A DNA stretch of 64,000 bases from an uncultured virus (IMG/VR IMGVR_UViG_3300005662_008418) (lineage: Duplodnaviria; Heunggongvirae; Uroviricota; Caudoviricetes), in the IMG/VR virus record IMGVR_UViG_3300005662_008418; one strand, given 5' to 3'. Below are positions 56,301-63,100 of the stretch, piece by piece (the first letter of the stretch is position 1; every line of letters starts with the position of its first letter). Under the pieces are notes generated by a model. It was not told the DNA's origin. It did no database searches and saw only the letters and a list, made by a program, of their open reading frames with translations. The position numbers and the translations under genes are program-made.

Positions 56301-58763
56301 ATTGGCAGGGCCAGATATGTTTTGATCCAACAGCCTCAGAGGACCTGCTTCTCTTTTATACTTTAATATCAATCTATTTCCAGAATAACCAATTAGTTGA
56401 CCATCTGGGTTACTGATAACTAGTATTCTATCTCCGTTATCTGGATTTATATATTTATAATTACTGGCAATAAATTCGTTGGAAAGCAATTCTCCATATA
56501 ATCCAACTTCCGTAACTTTAAACGCACCAAATTGATTCTGGAATCTACCTACTCTAAAATTAGTTATGTTAGATCCAGTTCTTCTCCACAGTGAGGAAAA
56601 TTCCTTGGATTCTCCATTTGTATATATCTTTATATTTCCATTGATACCGCTAATGCTGACAAAAACACTGTTCCAGGATCCCCCTATTATTGCATCATCA
56701 GATTGGAATGACTGACTCTCTATTTGCAATGAAATGATTCCAGTTGAAGAACATCTTAATATAATTTGAGATGTTCCCCATCGCCAACTTGCAATTACTC
56801 CGCCTATAATTCCAACCGCACCTTTCAATGGGTTGATCCAGCATGTGAAAGAAAGAACATCACCATCATGGGGTATCGCTGCAGTATGCGTAAGATACTG
56901 GTCCGTACCATTAAGTCGAATTCCGCTACCCTTGCCAAATTGCTCCTCTTCGGATGGAGTCGGAGATTCATTAATTTCTAGCCATGAAGACAGAATAGTC
57001 GATGATGCTTGCATTTCTAAGTATGAAGCATTGGAAGTAAAGCTGTAGCATTTAGATCCATAACCTTCATTCATGTGCCATGAGGCTAATGTGTTTTCTG
57101 AAATACCTACGCCTGTGCCTTTGTATTCCTTGCCAACAATACTCTTTAACCCAGGAGGAAATTTGTCACCATCTGGACTTATTGATATTACTTTTGGAGT
57201 ATATGTGCGTCCATATGAGTCTTTGGGATATATTGAATAATAGTATGTAGAAAGAGGATCCAAATTGGTATCGTAAAATACCGAAGTGTATCCATCAAAT
57301 ACTACATCTCCGTCAGACGGAGATAGAGGAGCACTTTCTTTTTTCCTTACTATTTGAACACCTGCGAAATTATGACTTCCAGATTTAGAGAAAGATGCCT
57401 GCGCAGATTGAGCTGATCCAGCATCATCCAAATCCCTTTCTCTGGAAGCAAACCATTCGACGTTAACTGGCACTCCGCTAAAACTACTGATAGCAAACGA
57501 CACATCCCCTGGATATCCACCAGCGAATCTGTCCATTATCTCACGAGCTACTGAAAACCTAACATTATCTGGGTCACTCCAGGACATAGATCCAGATTGA
57601 TCAACTATAAGCCCAACTATCCTTTGAGGCAGGCTTAATTTTACCCCTGTACCATACTCGGTTTCGAAATAGGATGCATTGTCTATCTTTCCACCCAAAC
57701 TTGCTTCATCTAGATACACCACCTGCACAGCTTGCTCAACAGGAGCAGGAGTGGTTATTTTTCCGTTTTCCACAAAATCCCTACGTGCATAGCATCTTAC
57801 TGCCAATGAAGAATGAAATTGTACAGATTCACCAAATGGAGTTCCTGGCTCAATAACTTCAGCGTTTGCAATAATATTTTCTGTTGAAGACTTTTCCCAT
57901 AAAAATTCAGAAGAAGCAGCAGCAGGAGAAACTAGAGGAACTATAAAACTAAAATCGTTTGGCCCCCTAGATAGAGATGGAGCACAATCTTTTATCATAA
58001 ATTGCCTCCAGCCATCAACTCTTGCGTCATTTAACGAGCACCAACTACCCATACCGCTTTGGTATGCTCCATCTATACCTAGTGAAACTAGATTAATAGT
58101 TGAATATTTATATATTGTCTTTGACTTTATAACGGACAGTCGATATGGACTGACGGAGGATGTTGTATCAACATTCCACCAATGCTCTGATATAGATGTT
58201 GCGAACACTCCAGCAGTGATGATGGGTTCGTAACCAAAATAAATGCAATCTATTTCAAGATCACCCACTAGGGATCCACCATTTATAACGACTACATCAC
58301 CACCTGGGTTGTCATATCCGATATTTAAATAAAACTCTTCCTCTTGCTTTATTATTGGCGCTAGTCTTCTTTGGTACCATATCTCATCGCCAGACATGGA
58401 CGGCATCGATTCCATGAATCCAAAAGGATCATCAGGTGGAGCAATGGAAAAAGAGCATCTAGGACTATTCCCTGATTTTTTAAGCCTACACGCAACCCAT
58501 ACTATACCTGCGTAAGGCATTGAAAATTTATATTTAAACTTAGTTGGCAGCACATTTGCATTGCCGGTTATTATTTTTATTACAGAACCAGAGGCATGTC
58601 CTTGCCCACCTGGGATAATTGCATATTCCGATTGACCAAATGAATAATCAACAAAATTAGTTGCTTCTAAAAAAGCCCCATCGTTCATGGAGGGCATAAA
58701 ATCTTGCTGCGAAAAATCTCCAATTTTATTTAATTTTAAATCTATTCTATCGAAAAATGCCAA
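47316..58763 (-). CDS. Giant multidomain protein (3815 aa): vWA, FN3-like, LamG/ConA-like, Kelch propeller and PPC-like domains; probable virion or receptor-binding protein
   Basis: MIDAS DQSGS (about 57590); LamG (WHMNEG..SFTCWINP..IYTNG, about 56460-57100); FN3 (AGDKKIRLTWDLP); six GG/CG Kelch blades (about 51330-52420); PPC-like DSDIFTF..NDDG (about 50200-50540); no signal peptide evident. Confidence 0.8.
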   Translation of the reverse strand: MAFFDRIDLKLNKIGDFSQQDFMPSMNDGAFLEATNFVDYSFGQSEYAIIPGGQGHASGSVIKIITGNANVLPTKFKYKFSMPYAGIVWVACRLKKSGNSPRCSFSIAPPDDPFGFMESMPSMSGDEIWYQRRLAPIIKQEEEFYLNIGYDNPGGDVVVINGGSLVGDLEIDCIYFGYEPIITAGVFATSISEHWWNVDTTSSVSPYRLSVIKSKTIYKYSTINLVSLGIDGAYQSGMGSWCSLNDARVDGWRQFMIKDCAPSLSRGPNDFSFIVPLVSPAAASSEFLWEKSSTENIIANAEVIEPGTPFGESVQFHSSLAVRCYARRDFVENGKITTPAPVEQAVQVVYLDEASLGGKIDNASYFETEYGTGVKLSLPQRIVGLIVDQSGSMSWSDPDNVRFSVAREIMDRFAGGYPGDVSFAISSFSGVPVNVEWFASRERDLDDAGSAQSAQASFSKSGSHNFAGVQIVRKKESAPLSPSDGDVVFDGYTSVFYDTNLDPLSTYYYSIYPKDSYGRTYTPKVISISPDGDKFPPGLKSIVGKEYKGTGVGISENTLASWHMNEGYGSKCYSFTSNASYLEMQASSTILSSWLEINESPTPSEEEQFGKGSGIRLNGTDQYLTHTAAIPHDGDVLSFTCWINPLKGAVGIIGGVIASWRWGTSQIILRCSSTGIISLQIESQSFQSDDAIIGGSWNSVFVSISGINGNIKIYTNGESKEFSSLWRRTGSNITNFRVGRFQNQFGAFKVTEVGLYGELLSNEFIASNYKYINPDNGDRILVISNPDGQLIGYSGNRLILKYKREAGPLRLLDQNISGPANVGKYGGDSSRPQNVPIPPGLNGIARSDVSARICYGDDLGPVDPEDGLTLYDSNNGILNEVVFHGPFSLPMRDSELGNIVYDGYRHYIRAFSINEADEHSVVEDSGMIEYHPSSMGDYLPVSIPPDVVSNVNYIAGDKKIRLTWDLPVNSDHDTVVVYYAKPFSQDGALTYTDLDSFINSNTHSGAYPVFCGISTATEFTHYYGRVSASTPIGSDAVDAIQTFNLNRDLSTELENGKLAHYAVVLRNADGKYGQPIFISSIPDPETDNQIPTEPPLAQRAYKLERGSIAIKLINPVNPKMFYDVDGWFDDRVFFYFKVSDIYGRPLEDEFDFVFRTNYDISSNAGDYYDVPSNLMITDRGTADGVYDSVDSYKSFDPLTGVPARLNFKFRELCRFTRRTSADGFVKIVLDTDAFGAEKLRYVSGLYFSARMSIRRKRIVNSLVSGIAEESSTFAFDTQPIRVWLSNPFKIEVTSPDKTIVPCLPGSNVANINNFYDCGAGSSSDLTTAVYNGAYVGRSRPIQFTFRVKYKDGFMPSGSAANLYAFEDSLPSWSSDGLMNRCSKPAGYRGCVQFNGENGTPRETKCTGQIAGDPVFGPDFTREYVPANYISPRQRTAIFYNNEENGWSEASFYFPTPSRSSAATVFAQTVIGGLPAAAGMYFAFPDPLFLSLDAQVPSPDGVDVARQTAYAAIIDPNRAIVIGDVEGATVSSLEEFSSPVPDGTRIDWEMIPLRNGKNRPFYSLASSNSAQVYDLTLGGYSSNVRFGPASNVTSELIQEVTYFTSADGNTGSDVRVVLVPEMYVIKASVTYGGKTITAWKVVCIYPPALVPSGLGNSANQLVRRTGMFCSLTNGRYSQRIYADGDDFAVFQISRDARISSIDSSSADERTMATAFLKCYNGGSFAGQGMPDAFISILAPEQLVEIQIGKLQDYLEQANVPYWVYNVEILHDNIAIVSNGDGTSSITYGRSDLNNAFVRLSNQNKTYFAIRSNGFIAKRWNRHNEPTTVKDSGYLCEHFHNRPFAATGELIGASGNEQPVFSNTENCSTDGFVEDCNYDSRIITETEDKRWLDYDVVVNAQTNIDTSLGEIPCIGSGTWALGNPPKLIKFIEPLDITFAFVEVGGVRNFDGNVLVDGVSQNDIYFAVSFSGRPVPQGTEILVYTCGSPSIAVVENNISTATVDENGPWCVDADGNFINAGTSYAVVRLLPMMPGSSFSGSVFAEARYNKNGTVFRQKVCGVNITYDGASEGAAVQFVLPPGGGGESGDNAALPTILKDPVSGRDFSRLSISNQCFFFDRTTLTWSQVADMAVARAWHVSECVNSKWYVVGGLSQYGISTMNEVWDIPNNRWDVIPDMPTPRFGCCSVNDGRYIYVIGGVESYVDAYSNPSASKVKYSLRASNKIECFDTVDGTWAVLSSMPWTDSDGNIVDAPVGNFDSASSGISPLSSVFGSAVLVAQKIYVLCGARAINSELEPSVMLDRVLIFDQESNSWSVSDVLPDRDLVRYARLYPNAIVKNNNILIFGGSGYREETEQYFLNNEIISRSIIKQFNFKDAILIDTLLVNTPSYLFDADELMPNPPESRDQAGQARFNNSYAILGGRKFSSSTNPGSPALSTVQNIDISSAKAILGNLAVMPFGRALCSFASDNSRFAVLSGGVSSGKAPGFVRVFIEVYGEQNDTVGFTRLDLQEPVDAMVRLDGISGVDIKIKCYDENGKLLSRNTQVKLTGFIKFPIPDELGVGGSLGSTFGRSGPGGDVLFMKKRVRRGTRVFPVRISPEVVDIAAGLGSAKLLGRSEDPLRDISELSAALGDTLGAEIDLAGTMSNQILLRQGLSRFPYQIVLYGEIVDDSFYGNTSFVGEDDFIEGSSYPELTAQDEIANQGDFDFASPLPEFSLGYGGLNSSNADIVPLPFVNLGNVLETSQLGVIGPIGDSDIFTFTAPVTGQYVVSVTRRNVSSLQSQITIYNSNFVPIDIPEIPDGIIYFNNDDGIGDPTNNIFLESGLKYYIVVKASNAELNPTSDIIGSVVGEYRLRLAVPFEDANNLAIMQNVNLGGGNFAPNLNLGGNATCQFTCPSCLRTGSGLSGLTCTGTNNTICFNLIGKSSFNLNDGQNAQNQNLNLNGEGGEVNLGSPQPPTGKPELLDFIFIDMNAVFSYWSGGATELVEPDSPLIQYYSDLSWLPQVRTRTFSGASAYQNAQEEIEILSRMTPFGCSPIFNAIRENAFSVPESVDTETAKRSFILISDNDENTSSVGAEDVAADLNSIAGSRKSPLMVALMNLVEPRFISSALSKSNAGEVIVASSMSGGATSIIRNASDASKFVNFAMSRSVGAIARGTYESVIDLGRDCVVLSINPVFEIPPDTSADYSVEFSSDGISYSMRDSSSYENPIIGPAKIVRFIKIKVNLIHSLLNVARDENGMPSPEYPALLKIDLSVSFSAESSIITKPFAVGGAPNQVVLSVYADKNELAYIETTAAAGTGYDFSDYAVKYHGVVREYGKIIFSQRKFEVPEQIREKMVQVHGLYYESPRGGWFMNSTVTVKDGTGSIIDPTAYILLPEKGAILFKSYVQNPIFIEVVNPEQLSLAANVINVSKDEAVGISGISFMTTTEKEAYGYTANQPPVAVNLSISSPPITIYETITCNYTYLDAEGDEEDSSKTEIRWFINDIEIPFLKNKKTFNNFSDPQDPVFAYALSTNYAFLGAQQGQPGALLAALDAVSFLKINDRVRFSVKPHDQTQYGLEAFSQQITVTNIEDTPSQPALKARLLTTQEIVEDASNQTSLFIDFPLFSPVLMNRTIVRWYITLPNQQEFRFRELSLIGDPSDPSTVLRPGTVNGLRAIAVGNIIRAELYIPASSTNQEYTLSTMSMVIRNSRPRVELLIFGLEATGQETDSGDFWIARCRYAFIDADIISGEAQEDQSLAYWEVQYPETEDFVVVEGLDPRFDGWNVVDVPYNSKIRVRVLPYDGVEFAPAAYSNVILKQGSFDGNAGGGGGNGPG

Positions 58764-58764
58764 T

Positions 58765-60141
58765 TTATAGCCTCAATTGTTGTATTATTTTTCTTTTGTT
58801 GCCTACGGGATTGGAAAATGTGGGAACATTAACAGTATTATCCAATTCAGATACTTGATTTTCCAGTAACAATCCTTCGCCAGTAGTCGGAGAATCCCAC
58901 ACTGCATTACTGGAAAGCATATACAATATTTTTTCGGATTCTAAACCAAACTGATATCCGTCAAATGATGCCGTAAAAACATGCTGAGAGTCTGCAAAAT
59001 CCGATGCAACCGCCCCCTGGGAGTTAAAGCCAATAGCCCTACCATCCCAAGAATCATTTATAAACCTATTACCCGTGTATAGTTCTGGACTATGAACAAA
59101 ACCTAAGAATATAGACTTACTGCCATCCCAGGCAAATAGATTATGTCCCTGCTCCCCATTGTTCATAAAATTAATGAAGTCATTGGTGCTAGATATTCCG
59201 GTTAGTCTGTTCGGGGCTGGTAAATTTTCAGAATAAATTACATGATTGTCTCCCCTACTAATTCCATGCACACATGCTATTTTTCTCGTATATGTTACCA
59301 CGTATACAGGAAGTTCAAGAGCATACTTAAGTACTTCTGCGTCGGTACAGAATCGAACTCTCCTGACCGAAGCGGGGATATTAACAGCTAATTGAGATAT
59401 TTTTATGTTTTCATAAACACTAGATGGCATATTCGCCAACTGATCAACTCCAGCGCTCCTCATAGCTTGACCTAAATTTACAGTTTGTATTACAGGAATA
59501 ACAGTGGTCGATCCGCTTACGGGATCTATATATTTAACAGAACTTATATTAGAAGTAGATGCATCAAATGATATTAAATGCCTCTTAGTGATGGGAGTAA
59601 AAAGAGTATCATAAAAGTAGTGCCTACCTAGTGATGAAGATATTCTTGTATCGGCATTAATCCACGACTTATCTATATTAGCAAATACAGAGCCAGGAAG
59701 AAACGTATTATAAGGTTGCGAAGTACTAATGATACCGTTTACATCTCTATTAAATATATCATGCCTACTAGCATTGGCATCATCATTCAAAGACAATGTT
59801 GCGGCTAACGAAAGATTCTGATTACCAATCTGATATGCAATATTCACAGCATCTCCAGAGCAAAACACATCAACACCGTTAATGCCCTTTTTAAAATAAG
59901 ATCCTCCACTAGATATATATGGGAATGGCATTGAAATTTCCGATACTGGCTTTACCAATATCGCTGAGCGTGTCGTGTTTATGATGGATGATGATATAAA
60001 AATAAAGCCATCAGATGATACGCTCTCGTCGATGACATCAAAAAGATGAACTAAATCTCCTCTTTGCCAGTTTGCACTTTGAAGCCTTGTTTTATTAACT
60101 ATAAAAGACATTGTACCTGAAGAAGATCCTATTACGCACAT
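58765..60141 (-). CDS. Hypothetical beta-rich protein, probably structural
   Basis: 458-aa ORF coupled (TAATG) between two giant genes. Confidence 0.65.
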   Translation of the reverse strand: MCVIGSSSGTMSFIVNKTRLQSANWQRGDLVHLFDVIDESVSSDGFIFISSSIINTTRSAILVKPVSEISMPFPYISSGGSYFKKGINGVDVFCSGDAVNIAYQIGNQNLSLAATLSLNDDANASRHDIFNRDVNGIISTSQPYNTFLPGSVFANIDKSWINADTRISSSLGRHYFYDTLFTPITKRHLISFDASTSNISSVKYIDPVSGSTTVIPVIQTVNLGQAMRSAGVDQLANMPSSVYENIKISQLAVNIPASVRRVRFCTDAEVLKYALELPVYVVTYTRKIACVHGISRGDNHVIYSENLPAPNRLTGISSTNDFINFMNNGEQGHNLFAWDGSKSIFLGFVHSPELYTGNRFINDSWDGRAIGFNSQGAVASDFADSQHVFTASFDGYQFGLESEKILYMLSSNAVWDSPTTGEGLLLENQVSELDNTVNVPTFSNPVGNKRKIIQQLRL

Positions 60142-63100
60142 TATATTGATATCCCATTTTTAATAGACAACATTTTGTTATTAGATGTAGAAAATATATT
60201 ATACAGAAATCCAGTCAGTATTTTCCCGTTTACGGATTCTATAAAATGACTTGGAATATCCGTATATGCATATTGCACTGCCTCCAAAGCCGCATCTTGA
60301 TTATTCATAGGAAATGAAATGTCAGCCCTGTTAAGTGAAGCAAAACCAAGAACTCCGCCTATGAGCAATCTAGTTATGTCATTCTGGTCTGACCTGAATA
60401 CTCCACAAGAAACAACGGATCCAATAGCAACAGGTATTTTTTCCACAAAAGATTGCTGCTCGGGCACAATTATTCTCCTCATGGCTACGCTATCAGCAGC
60501 TCCTAAAAGTACATCTCCGTCATCATGCCATGCGTGACCAGATTTAACAAGTACAATTTTTCCAGCAAATACACAAACGTCTTCAATGCTATCTCCGTCG
60601 TTCCATGCAGAGTCCCCGCCAGCTAAAGAAGAATATTTAAATACAGTTCCGTTTGTTGTGGCTATTATGAAATTAGATGAAACAAAAACTGAAATGCCAT
60701 CAGAGCTGCTTTTTACATTTTCTATCACTGCTTGATCTGGAATATTATATGCAAGTTTAAATTTATATTCTGAAAAATATCTTATAAATATCTGCCTATC
60801 AGCCATAAGCAAAATGCCATTTTCCATCATGCATGATGCGCGTACGTCTCCAACCACGCCCTGGTGTGGAAGTGCTTCCACTATAGATCCTTCTAAATTA
60901 ATTTTTATAAAATATGTTTTAGTTATTATAATTAGATGACCATCGATAAAATATGCAGAAATTGGATCTCCGTAATTTTCTATGTCAACAAAAACCGTTT
61001 CTGCATATTCGCTAATTATTCTTATAAAAGCGCTTGTGCCAAAACATCCCGCAGCGTATATTCCGTTTTCTTCATAGGCAGTAAGGCAAATTATCTTGTC
61101 TAAATCCTCAAAAGATGCACCAACATCAATTACTTCATTAAAACATATAGAAGACTTGTCCTGATCGAGCCATGATAAATCTGATGTTTTCAACAACTTA
61201 TTTGAGGTATGCGCTGGCAACGATGCTCCAGACTCGGCATTTAATGTATTATAATTATTTAATATATTAATATGCTGTGCTTGACTGAATGCCGATGGAG
61301 CACCAGAATTAACCCCCTCAAATGAATCTTCTATGACAAAATGCTCGACAACTCCAGAATCATAAAAATTCTCTCTGTCAACATCTATTGTTACATTATC
61401 GTATTTTCCTATTGCACTGTCACTATTTATATGAACTCTACCAGTTATTGAATCAGCATAACCAACAGCAACAGCGCCAACTTGCTCGGAAAAGTCCAAT
61501 CCAAATGCATCACATACCGATCCGCCAAAAGGTTGTATTTTAGCGTTCATTCCAAATAAATTCTGTATCTGACTATCGCTTGTTGAAACTGTATCAAAAT
61601 ACCATCCAAGACGCTGCGCTGGTTCAGAAGAAGAACTACTTGATGATGACGATGAAGAAGAAGAAAATAGAGCATTTATTGATATCACAAAGTCTGGAGC
61701 ATAAAAAGCAGTTGCGAGCACGATAAAATTACCACCATCGTCAAATCTAAAATCAGTCACCTTCCTTACGGTAACAACAATACTTTCATTTTGTGTAGGA
61801 ACAAAATTAGGATTAATCGCAAATCCGAGATAGGCAAAATTGACTCCGGGGCGAGGCGACTCTATCCCTATCGTGCCTCCAGGATTAAATCCGAACCAGC
61901 CGAAATAATTATTTGCAGAGCTGTGATCAAAAGGACTAGCTATATTACTTTCGGATGATTTTAAATGCAATGGTATCGTAGAAGGAGACCATGTTATTTG
62001 CAATGTGTGGTATCCATCACATGATGTCACAAAATTACTATTAGGATATTTTTGTTCTATCGGTGCGGTATTGTTATATCCCACGAAGTTCTGCCAGACA
62101 ACCCCAGAACAATCTATAGCACTAGAGCTAGAACTGCTGCTACTTGAACTGCTAGCAATGTTGACATTAAATGCTCTTATTGCCAAGTTCCAAGATGATA
62201 TCACTCCACTAGCGATATCTTTATGATCTTCTATATGAAGAGTCCAATCTCCAGACATACTTCTGCCAAAAACTTCAGACGTTATATTGAAGCTAATAGG
62301 GTTAGACCTATTTGCTCCTGGAAGTCCACATAGACCGACTGATGCCCTCCAGGGATTAGCAGATCCAGATGGAACAAATAATCCGTCAGCACCAGCGCCT
62401 ATGCTGCCGTTTGATTCCGCCCAATTCCATAGGTCGGATCCATTATCACTAAAAACATAAGAAGCAACAGAACCATTACTTAATCCAAAATTATGCAAAT
62501 ATGCCGATCCACTTGATGCCAGTTTTCCAATTCTATCCATAAGGATAATCTGCGTATTCCAAGGAGTCTCTACATAAATCCTTAGATCACCTATTGAATT
62601 ATGCTTCAATTCTAATGAAATTTCTAAAGAGCAAATTGTTCCAGTAGAACCAATGTTTAATACATCAGATAAAATTCCAGCAGATGGATTGATACATAGC
62701 ACTGAAAGGTCTGAAGCATCTGGTATGGAAGTATTCGTAATCGTCCTTGTGAAAGTATTCAATATACAGTGAAGACTACTGCTAGAACTACTACTGCTAG
62801 AACTACTACTGCTAGAACTACTACTGCTAGAACTACTACTGCTAGAACTACTAGAACTGCTAGAACTGCTAGAACTGCTACTGCTAGAACTGCTACTGCT
62901 AGAACTGCTACTGCTAGAACTGCTACTGCTAGAACTACTACTGCTAGAACTGCTACTGCTAGAACTGCTACTGCTAGAACTACTACTGCTAGAACTACTA
63001 CTGCTAGAACTACTACTGCTAGAACTACTACTGCTAGAACTACTACTGCTAGAACTACTACTGCTAGAACTACTACTGCTAGATGATGACGAAGAAACTT

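Noticed and set aside
2832..62226. Numerous plus-strand ORFs of 60-196 aa
   Set aside because: All are antisense to well-supported minus-strand genes and show no recognisable motifs
62769..63086. Plus-strand ORF of TTTAR repeats
   Set aside because: Antisense shadow of the poly-Ser tandem repeat; it is open only because the repeat unit lacks stops
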